DNA of 61,943 nucleotides, filler included, from Choristocarpus tenellus KU-1152 (GCA_964200185.2; 7 parts of 7 records of this genome joined end to end with filler, not necessarily neighbours in it), one strand, 5' to 3'. Shown: positions 36,617-49,743, counted from the whole stretch's first letter. Notes: a model not told the origin generated them from the sequence alone. Numbers and translations are program-made.

Positions 36617-39600
36617 ATGGCTGAAGAGAGCGGAAAGAAAGCCTTCAGTCCCCAGGTCCGGGCAATGGTTCAGATGTTGTCCCTTGGGTCATTTTGTTAT
36701 GCCCCCCTCCACCATAAGTAGTACCCAACCACTTGGGCAGGTGCGCGCGAATAATGATAAGGTGATTTCATTGGTTTCCCCCTGACACATCTGCAAAATA
36801 TCAGAGGGCATAATAATAAAATAAGGTGATAGCCCCTCGAGATCTCCAGGTTATGTGATGCAAAGTATTTAACGCCAGGAGCCCACTGTCGACCCTCCTG
36901 ATGGCGCTACTCTTTTTCTCAGGAGTTCCGGGAGTTCCCCATCCTCGAGGTGGAGTCACTCACACACAATGTGCGCCGTTTTCGCATGAGCCTTCCATCA
37001 GCTGAGCATGAGATGGGCATGTCTGTAGCTTCATGTATCGTGGTAAAGGGCAAGGGTCTCGATGGGACCTCGGATGTGGTTAGGCCGTATACACCAACAA
37101 CCACCAATGACACCAAGGTAGGTATTGCGAGGAAGGAAACTGGACTTTTTATATCTTAGCCGCATTTAAATGTGCAAGATGTACAATTTTTGCCTGTGAT
37201 ATCTCCTATCTGATCACCCCGTTCTTGGATCCAACAGGGATACTTCGACTTGGTCATCAAGGCCTACCCACAAGGTAATGTATCTTCGTACATGTTCGGC
37301 CTTAAGGTCGGGGACAACGTGGCGGTGAAGGGACCATTCCCCAAGTTCCCATACAAGGTCAATGAGAAGAAGAAGATCGGAATGATTGCGGGGGGCACTG
37401 GTGAGAATGACAAGTAGGTGCACACATGTTGAGTCGGAGTTTCTACGAGCGTTCCAGTAGCTAAACCTACCAGGAAGGAAAATCGAGAGGGGTTGTTACG
37501 ACTAACTCAATTACAACACTGGTATGTGCTAGATACGATTATTCAGTGACCTAAATCGGGCTGCTGCCATACACTATTGGTACACTGACTCCAAGAATCT
37601 AGGTTACTGAGGTGATACAGTCTACAGTCATTCATATATAGGATTCTTGCACCTCAAGATCAAACGTCGAAAACGTTGGTCTCAGGATCACCACTCTCAA
37701 CTCTCCCCTCCACCTTCCCCCTCAACCCCATGATTGCATGTGGACCTATTACTGGACCGTTATAATGGTGAAGGCATCACTCCCATGCTGCAGGTTCTGC
37801 AGGAGATTCTCCTGAACCCAGAGGACAAGACAGAGTGCACGCTGTTGTTTGCTAACCAAACTCCGGATGATATCATGCTCAAGAGTGAGATTGATAGCCT
37901 AGCAGCGGCTCACAGCAACCTCACTGTGGTGTACAAGGTGATGTAATTGAGTAATACAAATTTCCAAGTTTGTACTATTAGCGAGTGGAAGACATCTTGC
38001 TAGTTAACTTGCAACAGAAGACTAAAAAATGGTGGGCAGTTCAGTAGAACAAAGTGATCACTTCAACTGCTTATGGTGATATACATGACAGGACAGTTAA
38101 AGTCGGCCCTCTATCAAGGAAAAACCTTTCACCACACGCTGAGGTAGTGGAGGAAGTAGTCAATTGTCGAGTTTTGGGGTAACAGTGATTAGCCGTTTTT
38201 CTGTTACCTAATGAACAGTGTACGGAATAAAATAGGTGTCTTCTTAGTATCTTTAACTGAAATGTCAAAGCTTGACCTATGGTGCTTTGATTTGGAACAG
38301 GTTGACAAGGATGTCAGTGGTACATGGGAGGGCCCGGTGGGCCACGTAAATGCCGATGATGTTAAATCCCACATGCCAGCACCTGGGCCAGAGGGAATTG
38401 TCATGGTTTGTGGGCCCCCTGGCATGATGAAGGTGAGCTGCTTCTTTTCCCTCTTCCCTTTCCCCTTTGGAAAATCTTCCTGTTGGATTTTTGTTCAGGT
38501 AGTAGTTGCCTGTGGTTGAGAGAGTACAATCTTTTGAACATATATGAAGAGGGAGTTCCAAGATGAGTCCTTTTATCTAGTTCTAGCCATCATGGGGGAC
38601 AAGAAATATGTTATTGCTATTGGATTTTTGCTGGTTGACCGAATGTTGATTGTGGTTGATAGCTTTGTCACTGTACGGTAGCAATCTGATGTGGTACTGA
38701 AAGCACTATACCTAAGTGTTTTTAGATTTTTGATTAATAATGTATTGCGTAATGTACAAGCAAGATGTGTGTCCCATAAAAAGAGATATCTCTCTGGATA
38801 GCCCCCCTGAAATTTCTCATGCATCCATCGCAAATTGTCGGGCACTTGTGCCTTCTGATGTTGTGAGAGTTGATAGTGATACTAACATACATTGCTACTG
38901 CTAGGAGATAATTTTTCATGCAGGTTGTGTACCAATGTCACAAAATGTGTGAAGAACCCTGGTGGTATGGATGTTGAAAATTATTGTTGTATCTGATCTG
39001 TGTTGAAATTTTGTTATGCATGTATTGGTGGTGTTAGCAAGCAAGTGGCACAGACCCTCCAACACTGTTTTTTCATTTCATTACAGTTTATTTGTGCCTT
39101 GTGTATGTGTGCACTTGTGTAACTTCTATGTATTTGATTTTATCCTTCTTGTATTAGACCTTTTCAGAGGCAGTGTGATATATTTTTTTAGAGTTTTCAA
39201 TCTTGTAGTCTCAAAAGACCTTTCGCAAATGTGAGGGAGAACTTGGTGAGCTCCAACTTGGTCAATCTATCAAATATTGAGATACCACAGTAGTACCAAT
39301 GGGTGAGATAGTTGCCTATCTGCCCTAGTGATATTGTGGTATCTCAATATTTGATTAAATCAGAGGTCGGGGTTCTACCTGGCTCAATCTGTGGGCCATC
39401 ACCCCAGTAAAGCTCCTGCCTGCCCTGGTGGTATAGTGTGGTATATCCATATTGTACTGTGCTGGTTATCTGTAAATTTATTCCTGGAGTAGTCCATTAT
39501 TTGTAGATATGGTGTCAAGGAAGGTTCACTTTGTACAGCAGTAGGTATCTGTTGGTGTGCACTGATATTAGGAAGGTGCTCATGAGTGACTTGATTTGCA

Positions 39601-40572
39601 AAGTTTGATACAAACCTGAACACTCACAATGTGGCATGTCCTAAATACTAGTTCCAGTAGTGCCCCAAAAGATGGAAGCGACATGGAACAGTAAGCTTCC
39701 ATCTTCGAGTGGATGTGATGATGCTTGAACTGCTGAGTCGATTTTGAGTGGTGCATGTTTGAGGGTAGGAATCTTTAGAACTGATGCAAGCGCGGTGTGT
39801 GGTAGGTCCTATGTATTAATTTTTTAATACCCATTGAAATTTTCCAGGTGTTATCATAGAAAAGATAGAGGTGACATAAAAGAGAAAACTGTGTGATATA
39901 TAAATAGTGTGCGTTTACTGTTCGTAACCAACCTTCCTATGCACATGTCCCTAAGTGTTACTGGTTTGACCAAAATAGTTGAAGTGTTTACTCCCAAGTG
40001 ACAGCCATTGTGCATTGTGTAAATTGCTGGGGAGTTGAGACTTTCAAGTCATCTTGATGTGTTCTTTCTATCGGAAGTCTGTTCCTGAAACCTCTCAAGG
40101 GTTCCTATTTTTGTCTTTAGTTTTATTCTGTTCATAGTATTATGTCAAAATTGTTCTCTTCCACACTTCTGTTGTTACTACTGCAAACATTTTATTTGCT
40201 TATTTTTTCTGTGATGTCTCTTGCTGTTGCCCACTCCAATAGAGAAGGGAAATCCCGACAAGCATTGTACTGTAGATTAATGTAGCACCTACCAAGAATA
40301 AGTTTGGATGATAAGAGTTGCTTTTTTGATGCCTGAAGGGTATCTTGTTGCTTTGTCCCAATCACTCCTTTGACGGCCATTTGTGTTGAGAGTAGATGCG
40401 CATGAAACCTGCCCTTGTGGTTTGTTGCCCCTGGCAATATCCCAAATATTATTTTTCAACACCTTTTTGCCAGGCGTTATCTGGTGACAAGGCAGAGGAC
40501 AAGTCACAGGGGGTGTTGGCAGGACTCCTGAAGAGCTTGGACTATACTGAGGACATGGTCTACAAGTTCTGA
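36617..40572 (+). CDS. NADH-cytochrome b5 reductase (FAD/NAD-binding; no N-terminal membrane anchor seen), 6 exons
   Basis: Exons 36617-36655, 36923-37117, 37238-37400, 37774-37937, 38301-38432 and 40474-40572. Motifs RPYTP, FDLVIKAYPQGNVS, GMIAGGTGITPMLQV, LLFAN, VCGPPGMM, and C-terminus SGDKAEDKSQG...YTEDMVYKF*. Confidence 0.94.
36767..36820 (+). mobile_element. 54-bp hairpin/(TAA)n-tail insertion with a 10-bp target-site duplication, in intron 1 of the reductase
   Basis: ATAAGGTGAT at 36757-36766 and 36821-36830 flanks TTCATTGGTTTCCCCCTGACACATCTGCAAAATATCAGAGGGCATAATAATAAA. Confidence 0.85.
39269..39355. other. 87-nt intronic foldback with 21-bp perfect arms (pre-miRNA-like or tiny MITE)
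   Basis: ATCAAATATTGAGATACCACA (39269-39289) is the exact reverse complement of 39335-39355; inner stem GGG..AGATAG/CTATCT.CCC. Confidence 0.75.
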
Positions 40573-42334
40573 GACTATTTCTTGTGTCTGATTGTCCCAA
40601 TTGTTTTGTTCTAGATCTCAAGAACAAGGAAGTAGTACTCTTTCAGTGCAACCAGTGGTGCTGACTTGTTGGTAACCTTTTTTGTTTGTCTTTATTGCTG
40701 CTGCCTTCTGGTGTAAACGGCAATGAAACCTTGACACACATTGACCGCATTCACACCCAGTTTACAGGAGGCTCAAAGTTGTGTGGCAGGGCTGCAGGTG
40801 CTACAACTTCCACAGACCGGCAGTTTCAGCTTGAATTTGTTTTATGTGTTGGTGTGTCTGGAAAAGTTAAGAAACCCGGGTTTTCACTTGTACACTAGGT
40901 GGGCAGGTGGGCGGGTTGTACAAGTTTGGATTGGAGTACTCTACTCGAGAAGGGTTTTAGGTGTTTCGAAACACTGTTACGTTTTGTGCTGATTTCTCCA
41001 GGCGTATCAAAATGTGAATCAATAGTATTTGCACAAGTACTTGATTGTGCCAGTCTTGTTTCTCTGCTGGGTGACACATAGTAGTGAAAAGACCATTGAC
41101 TGTTGGTTTATTTTGCACTGAAACAATTTCTCCTATGGCCTTACACCATCCAGTCGTTCCTTGGTTTTTGTCCCAGAAAACACTAATGGTGAACTATTTC
41201 CCAGTCTGGTGCCTGTGCGAGATTACGTAAAAATTGTGGGGTATGTAATGCTTGAACTTTTTTTTAATGTGTTGATTCTTTGATGTAGATACCATAAATT
41301 GATCAATGCCTGAAGTATACACAACACTTGCCTACTTGAGGTGCACATTTTCAAAATGTTTTTTCCAACCTAATAATAATACCGAAACAATTATCAGAAG
41401 ATGGAGGAAGCAAGAATATGTGTGTTTAGTCTATACAACTCCATGCATGTCCACAGGTATTTTTTCGTACCTTGTCCCAGAGGAGGTATCAAGTATTTTA
41501 CCCCAGATCCAATCAGGGGTTGTAAATAGTGCATAGAATGGGGTTGGTCGTCAGTAGTTCTATTCCTTTGTTACCTCCTCCTGACTGCGCCTCATCTTGT
41601 AATCTTGGCCAACTTCAGGGAGAATGGCAATGTTCTGAGTGGGGTGGTTGGCTTCTTTGGCTGGCATTGGCATTGCAGTAATTTTCAGGGTAGCGTAGAC
41701 CCTCTGCTGCATAGGACGAACGCACTCTTGCTGGTTACTGATGGAGGAGTGGCTTCGGTGGACTGTTCATTGTAGTAGTATCTTCTAGCAGTAGGAATTC
41801 GGCACTGTATGAATAACAAGAGGACAACAGCAGGGGTGTATTGTCTTGTGCACTACTTCCATTATACAGCATTGGTCTTTGTTTGGCAGGAAGAGGTAGG
41901 TACCTGACTGCAGCTGTTGAGCATGCTGGGAGGAGGGACCTGTCATTCATTCGTTCTAATAAGAACCCAACAATTAAGTCAAGGGTTTTGTGGTCTCCGT
42001 CTTGCAGGGAGTAGGTAACACACCGTAATAATAATGAATGTTGCAGTCTGTAAATTAGTATCAATTGGACTGTAATTTTCGGAGCTCTGTTTCTCTGCAT
42101 CACATGATGAGACAAAATACAACCTTTTCAGTGCATATACACCTTTCCTACCATAGGTAGTACATTTAAGCGTCAATTACTCGCTCAGCAAACATCTACT
42201 AACCCATTTATCTGCAGTCCGTCCTGTTCGCAACATCCTACCTGTGTAGTTAGAGCTCTCCAAGTGGTGTATACATACTGGGTACTCCAGAGTAATACTT
42301 AGTATACTTCAAAGAAATAACTCTTAGTGTGTTT

Positions 42335-42443
42335 GACCCAAAGTATCTGGGAGGGGAGGGGGGGTCTACACCAGGGTGTCCATTTAGACCAAAATCAGGA
42401 AAAGTGCATTTACAGTATCCATCCCGACGATGCAAAAATTGCT
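42335..42443 (-). mobile_element. MITE family B, partial (abuts gap)
   Basis: GACCCAAAGTATCTGGGAGGGG...GTCTACACCAGGGTGTCCATTT matches the reverse complement of the family B right half. Confidence 0.8.
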
Positions 42444-42543
42444 NNNNNNNNNNNNNNNNNNNNNNNNNNNNNNNNNNNNNNNNNNNNTTAATTAATTAAN
42501 NNNNNNNNNNNNNNNNNNNNNNNNNNNNNNNNNNNNNNNNNNN

Positions 42544-42640
42544 TTTCGGAGTAGGTAAATGTCATAAAATACCCTGAGGGAAGCCAAGCCTCAAATGGAC
42601 AAACAGGGCAAACCTCGTTCCCTCTAAGATACTTTCATTC
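42544..42640 (+). mobile_element. MITE family A, right half (abuts gap)
   Basis: Ends CCCTCTAAGATACTTTCATTC. Confidence 0.85.
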
Positions 42641-43530
42641 TGACGGAATGTGTTGATAAAAGCCATACATAATTGGTCCCATGTTTTAGGGGTCACAATG
42701 GGAACTGGATCGGTGGAGTTATTCTGCATTTGAATGACACGTAATTGGGCAGGTGAGCGTCATTCAACTCTGCCTTCCATACTATGCAAATATAGCATAC
42801 TGGCATTTGTATCTAAAATCAAAGGCAAATAGGCCATGCGCGCCCTATCAATGGTTGACTGGTCACGTTGTGATTCATTAAATTGAAGTGTGACATGCAT
42901 ACGGAAACTTATCAGAATAGTTGGTACATTAGTTGTAGTCGAAGGAAGACGCAGCTGATGACATTTTCGGCAAAGAAGTAATGGGGGCAATTGGAGGGGA
43001 TTGCCTTACATCAGTCATGTCCCTTGTCGCTGTCAAGTTCCGGATGAGGTCCATGTTTGGCGGGTGCTCCTCCTCCACTGCAGCCCTTAAATCGTCATTA
43101 ATGAGATTTATGCTGTACAGGTCTCCAGTAGACGACATCACCGACGGAGCAGACGGTGATGCTGGCGATATTGTGAGAGACCTTGTGTTGGGTACATGCG
43201 CAGGCTGAGAAACGGGCGGGGTTGGCGGGAAGGGAAATTGACTCATGGGGTGATTGTCTGCCGACATCAGCTCTTGGACCACCCGCGAATCCACCACTCG
43301 GAACTCCGTGTCTACAAAAATCCCAGAGGATTTATGGACTAAAAGTTTCCTTCCGTCCTCAAAGATGACCTCATCAAATGATAAAGGGTCCTGGTCATGA
43401 AATGGTGGTAGTAGATGTTCATCTGGTTCATTTTCTTTGAATTCCTCTGCCACGAATCTCTGGAAACGGTTTGTGGTTGTCTGGAACGTACTCTGTCGTC
43501 TCCTTGATTGAACTGTATGCCACCAATCAG
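42641..43530 (-). mobile_element. Degenerate retrotransposon gag-like remnant
   Basis: ORF 42929-43453 plus a frameshifted continuation ending ...PKTWDQLCMAFINTF (W-x-x-L-x-x-x-F-x-x-x-F gag motif); PBS-like TGGTGGCA on the minus strand near 43518-43526. Confidence 0.4.
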
Positions 43531-44975
43531 ACTGATTTGGTATATGCGGTGCTCAAAGTATAGGGAATATACTCAGAGTTTCCCCCAAAAGTACTGTAAA
43601 AGTACTCTCCCACTTCAAAACGATTGTCGTCGTCGCCACTGTGAAACAGATGGAAACAAGCAGACAGGTTCTTCGTGATGAAGGGGAGCGGGAAGACCCA
43701 CAGGAGGCAAGGTCAAAGAGAGATAAGTCAAAAAGGGAGAGCGATCCCTCAGAAGATCACTCTGGAAAAGAGTGTTCAGGTGGTAACTGGAAGAGGGGTG
43801 CGTTGGAAAGGTCACTCCAAACCACCCAATCTTATTTCAAGCAGATGTTACCTTCAGCATGCAACAACAAACGTCATACGAATATCATAATGTTCAAGAT
43901 AGGTCACATTCAGGGTATGCCTTCTGTGGAAGATGACTCTCACATATCTTACCATCAAATAACATCATAAGTGTGTATAGTACAGTTTCCACCATATATA
44001 TGTATCATTCGTTTTAACCTGGAGACATCAGGGAGATGAGTAAGGAAGAGCTTGTTAGATTCTTGAGATGCTTCCTTAGCTCCTCACCCTGGGGTGGAGG
44101 AATAAGGTAGGTTGAAGGCACAGGAAGGCAGTGGTACAGCATACCTGGTAGTATAATACGTAGATCATTGTTCTTTACATTTAGTACAGCTGTTACATTT
44201 TTAGGGATTTTTCTGATACATTAATAGTTTTCGTTGTTTTTTCTCCAGACACATCTGAAAAATACTCCAGCAGAGGAGGCGCAGCCAAACTGGATTGGTT
44301 TGGGTTTGGTTTACATCACCCATGGTCGGTGATTGTCTTCATACCAAACTCCTCCAACTGACGAATGAAAACCATGCAGACTGGTTAGCCACAACGCGTA
44401 TCTTCTTGGACACACGATGTGTTATCGATGATGCATTAGATGACAGGGGGGAACCTATCAGAGTGGGCGATTTCAACTTCATCAAGGGGAAGAATATAAG
44501 TGAAGATGAGGTCACCAAGGTCAAATGGGCATAAGCGTTTTGTTGAGAAGTACCAATGGCTTCTACAGGTGCATTGTTCGTATTGTAGCGTTACCATCGG
44601 AGACTTGGAAGCAGTTGAGGGAAAAATTTGTTATCGACTCGGACAAGGAAATAACCAGGGACTACGAAAGATGATTATGAACATCAAAATGCCCCGGGAG
44701 TCCGACCCCCAAATCACCTTCACACCAATATGTTTATCTGAGCAAGTCAGATGGAATTGATGGGGCATGAAATGTCGGAGTAAGTTCTACAAATCGCTAT
44801 GCTGGGTTCTCTGGACGACGACGACCAGATCACAACCATTACTCGCAACATCATTGTATCTGTTAGCGTACGAGTGATGCCATTCAACGTGCCGCCCGTT
44901 CGCGATATTTTCCCTGCAACACGAAGCGTAGGGAACCGCAAGGAGCCTGGGAGCACTCTTGCTGCGAGGACTATG

Positions 44976-45665
44976 TGTGCAAATTACCTTGTGAGGTAAT
45001 GCTATTTGTCAGTAGTGAAGATATGAAGGTGTGAAGCCTTACACGACCCCTTTAGCTGAACGTGAAAGGAATGGATGGTTGAAATTAGAAGAGTGACCTT
45101 TGTAGGGTGTCTTCTCATTGCTTGTTTATTATTATTTGTGCTTCCTGCAGAAGTCAACAATTAAATCAAAGTAGTTGAATTCAACCCCAAAACCCTATAC
45201 ATATTCCATTCATAATTCTGATGTACTTTCTTATTAGTTACATCACATGGACTCAATCAAGATGACTCTCATACACAAAATAAGGTACAAGAGCCAAACT
45301 ATCTTAGGGGGTAGCGCCACGTCCATTTGGGGACCAAAATCCAATGTTACGATTTTGATCTAATTTTGGCTATCGTGTTTGTTAGGAAGTGTCAATATCT
45401 ATGCTTTGGACAGACCTTTTCATAATGTAAACATTTTACCTACTCCTAAACATTTCGGAGAGGAAAACGTCATAAAAACCCCCAAGGGAAGCCAAGCCCC
45501 AAATGGACAAACAGGGTAAAACTCGTACCCTCTAAGATACTTTCATTCACAACTCACTATTTTCCTATTTTGCACCTTCCCCCATGAGGGCGCAGGCAAT
45601 GAAAGAGTTGCTGGAACTCTCAAACCTAATACTTCTTATTATGTACACACACCCCATTCTGCACA
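44976..45665 (-). repeat. 3' LTR of the Copia element (contains a MITE at 45291-45548)
   Basis: Termini TGTGCA...TGCACA; 44976-45238 aligns with 50536-50798; PPT adjacent. Confidence 0.88.
45291..45548 (+). mobile_element. MITE family A, full length (258 bp)
   Basis: GAGCCAAACTATCTTAGGGG...CCCTCTAAGATACTTTCATTC with a perfect 4-bp TSD ACAA/ACAA. Confidence 0.92.
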
Positions 45666-46003
45666 CTCCCCCATGAAAATAGAATTAAACGACGTTAGAT
45701 TGGTTCAACTCTTGCACACATCTCATGTATCTTGTCAACGAAGTAAAAGAACGTAGATTACTTCAATTTTAACACAGGACATTAATCTAATCAACACAGT
45801 GTCTACAAAGTCTTCTACCTGCTTCTTGCGTAGTCTTTTGGTCAATATGTCTGCAAGTTAGAGTGTCGTGGGAATATATTTTACTGCAAAAATCCTTTGC
45901 TAACATACTCCCTGGTGCATTTTAGTTTAATATCTACATGCCTTGTCCGTCCATTGAAGCCTTCAGTTGTTGCTGCTTGGATTGTACCTCGATTGTCTCC
46001 ATA

Positions 46004-46861
46004 CTAAACCGCGACCCCTTTGAGTATGCCCAGCTCCCCCAGGATGCCTCTGAGGAATATTGCATGCCCCATTCCATGCACCATCGCTGTCCATTTGGCC
46101 TCTGATGAAGATGTGCTTACAGGTCCTTGCATTTTGGATTTCCATGCAATTTGGGCTCCATTCATGAGTATCAGATACCCTGTCACGCTCTGCCTTGATG
46201 CAGTGTCATTGCCCCAGTCTGAGTCTCCGTACCCAACCAGGTCCCCATTGTCCATTTCACCACCAGCAGGATAGTGTATCCCTACTTTTGTGGTGCCTGC
46301 CAGGTATCGCAGAACATGTTGCAGTCCTTTCCAGTGTCGATCGCATGGGGTTGCTGCATATCTTCCCAGTTCCTGGACACTGTTGGATAGGTCTGGTCGT
46401 GTCATCCCGGCTAGGAACATGAGTTTCCCCAGGATGGTGCGGTAAGGTTTGTACCTCTGGTCCAGCTCCTCCTTGTCAGTTCTTCTTGCAGTCAGGTCCA
46501 TTCCTGGGTTTAAAGGTGATGAGGTACTCCGTACTTCTGTGGATCCCATTCCTTCGCGAACAATGCTCTCTGCATAGAAATGTTGGTCTAGTGTGATGCC
46601 AGCCTCATCCCTGGTGATTGCCACCCCAACTAACTTGTCTGGGATCCCGAGGTTCCGTCCTTCGTACTTGGTAAGCAGATTGCTCTTCATCCTCTTTATT
46701 TCTTCGAGGTAGTTTCGGGTCAATGTGATGTCATCCACGTAGTGAAAAAGAACAGCGATCCTTCCATCTTCACTCCTTTTGACATATAAGCAGGCGTCAA
46801 AATCGCTAACACTCCACCCCTCAGCTAAAATTGTTCCCTTTAGCTCCTTGTTCCACTCCAT
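46004..46861 (-). pseudogene. Copia reverse transcriptase/RNase H fragment
   Basis: RVT_2-type motifs DACLY, HYVDDI, YRTILGKLMFLAGMTRPDL, GYGDSDWGND, WKSKMQ. Confidence 0.92.
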
Positions 46862-47229
46862 TACTGATTGCTTAAGGCCATAGATAGCCCTGGCAGCTTT
46901 TACGATGGATCCATTGGGCAGTTGTAGCCATACATCTTCAGGGAGTGGTGCGCTCAGGTAGGGTTGAGTGAAGTCTAGGGTTGATGATCCAGTTTCTGTT
47001 TGCTGCTGTAGCCAGGACTGCTCGAATCACATCAAATCCCACCATTGGACTAAATGTGCTGTGTCCTGTCGTTGCTGTGTTTTAGTTCTGAAGGGGGAGA
47101 ATCCATGGCAATACCCAAGTTCAGTGCTGCTATGGTTTTGCGTCTGTATTTGTGTTTATTTATCTTGGAAGGGGTGGAGTCGTTTTAGAGAGTACCCTAA
47201 TTTTGACGTGTGTATGAGACTCTGGTGTA

Positions 47230-47486
47230 GACAGAAAGTATCTTAGGGGGTAGAGCCGCGTCCATTTGGGGACCAAAATCCAATATTACGATTTTGATGT
47301 AATTTGGCTATTGTGTTTGTTTGGAAGTTTCAATATCCTTGCTCCGGACTCACCTTTTCATAACGTACACATTTTACCTACTCCGAAATATTTTGGACTC
47401 GAAAAATGTCTTAAAAAAACCCCAGGGAAGCCATCCCCAAATCAACAAACAGGGCAAAACTCGTACCCTCTAAGATACTTTCGCTC
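47230..47486 (+). mobile_element. MITE family A, full length
   Basis: TIRs AAAGTATCTTAG.../...CTAAGATACTTT; flanks TGTA/TGGA. Confidence 0.9.
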
Positions 47487-47980
47487 TGGAGGAGTTTTTC
47501 TTTTGAACGTTGAGTCAAATGCAGAGTGAGTGCCGTGAGGTATGAGTGTCACTCTAACATATCTGTCGTCAGGACAAACGTTGGAAGGGAGGTTTTCCTC
47601 CAGGTTTCCTCCTCCGCTGGATCCTCAACGCTGCCTACTGATATGTTAGGACCTGGAAGTGACATTCATTTAATTTCTGCTGCGTTCATGATAGGATGAG
47701 GAGCGACATTATATTTCCTTGTCCTATCGCATTGAAGCAGTTATGCTTCATGCTAGTGGGGCATGTTACACGCGATATGTCTTGATGGCGGTTTCATAAA
47801 CACCATTATTATATTGAAGTTCTAGATTTGATATATTTGTACTTCTTGATTACTTGGTCATTATGGTCTCCGATTGCGATAAGACATCGTTGATTAGTTC
47901 CTTTCTTATACGATGATATTGGTGATAATCCAAGTGAGAGATTCAGCATACTTGACAACATGTGCATCAGGAGTCCTATA

Positions 47981-48238
47981 GAGTGAAAGTATCTTAGAGG
48001 GTACGAGTTTTGCCCTTTTTGTCCACTTGGGGATTGGCTTCCCATGGGTTCTTTTATGACATTTTCCTACTCCAAAATGTTAGGAGTAGGTATGGTGTAT
48101 ATGATGTGAAAAAGGTGTGTTCGGAACACAGATATTGACACTTCCTAACAAACAAGATAGCAAGAATGACATCAAAATCGCAACATGGATTGTGGCTCCC
48201 AAATGGACGCGGCTCTACCCTCTAAGATACTTTGGCTC
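47981..48238 (-). mobile_element. MITE family A, full length, reverse orientation
   Basis: GAGTGAAAGTATCTTAGAGGGTA...TACCCTCTAAGATACTTTGGCTC; TSD not clean (TATA/ATAT). Confidence 0.9.
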
Positions 48239-48289
48239 ATATGTACATCAGTATCATATATAAGCCCGTAGATTGGAGCTATACATCCT

Positions 48290-48915
48290 GTGGAGGTAAG
48301 CTTTCTGGGGCGCCTGTAACAGAGTTGCTTTATTGCCCTTTCGTCGATTCCGTTGCTCTGTGGTGTTCTCGTTGGGGATTTCCTCCATCGGGTACCGTTG
48401 TTCGCCAGCATCCTTTGGAACTTCACTGATCTCCCAAGCTCGTCAGCGCCATCCCCACTGATGCATTTGACTGGTATACCTTCCCTGGCCATCTGGTCGA
48501 TATAAGCAGCGGTTGCGTTCGTCGCAGCGGTTGCGTCCGTTGCTGCGTTTTTCGTTTTTAATCCATACACCCTCTTGTCTCGGCTGCTCTCGTCGACAAA
48601 CACCTGAAAATATTGGTGGCCAGTGATGTCTGCTTTAAAGGGTCTCGCCAAATCTATGTGGACAACCTTGCCGGGCTGCTTGGGGGTCCTGCCACCCCGT
48701 TGATAGCTTATTAAGACCTCGGACTTGCATTCCTTGCAGGTCTCATATTGCAGTTCTGACGCCACAGTAGCGTCGGTGATCTCCAACAGTTCACGCTTCT
48801 TGAGGTGCTTGATTACTGATGGGTTGATATGTCCCAATAGGTTGTGCCAGTCCCTCAATGTCAGCCCCTGCTTTTGCTTGGCTCGTGCAGCACTGAATCT
48901 CGATTCGTGTTCCAT
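48290..48915 (-). pseudogene. Copia integrase fragment
   Basis: WHNLLGHI...CKEC zinc finger; VHIDL, FVDE, SGDGADE, TPQSNGIDER. Confidence 0.88.
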
Positions 48916-49743
48916 GGTGATTATGGTTCCGGTTAAATTTAAGAACCCCCCCGATTTTTGTAGGTTTGTCTTGGGCGAATTCTTTGAGGCCCTCAGATAA
49001 CTTTATTTTGTTCTTGAATCCATAAATTCTCCTCCATTCCGTACCATCCAGTACTCAATATGCAGCATGGTAGACCTGGGACCCATAGAACATCCTTCAG
49101 AACCACTGTTGTTGGTTTGCCGTCCTTCTCTGTCAACATTAGAACCATATCCCCGGTTTCCTTTGCTTACAATTTCCCATTGTTTCCGAAGGTGCGTGTG
49201 CATTTGGTGCCCCGAGTACTTCTGAGATCTTCACGACCAGGTGTAAGATGTACGTTTGCTCCAGAGTCACATAATATCTCGACTTGTTTTCCACTGGAGG
49301 AGTTGAACACCGCACATTTGTTTACCTCCTCGTCTACTGTCACCGTGAAACTGGAGAAGGAGCACATTTGGTTTCCGTCGACTTTGTTGCTGCTCCCACG
49401 AGTTGGAGGTGGCGGAAATGTTCTGAGTGCCATCCCAGGCAGACTTGTTGCAGGTGGCTTTCCTTTTAAGTATTGATAGCAATTCTGCCATCGATGGTTC
49501 ATCCTTAAGCAATTTCCACATGGTTTGATTTGAGGCCGCTTCCAGCTGATCGCTTGGTCTTCCGAGCATGACCGTTCTTCACATTGCCATGCATTGCCAA
49601 TACCCCGTCATGACCATCTTGACCCGAGTGAAGGCAAGTTGTTGACAAGATGACTGCCCGTTTGAGCTCCACATAGCTGATGTCCGGGTGCATTATTAAT
49701 TGCGTGAACACATGTGGCATCGCTTCCTTGATCCCAAGCAGTA

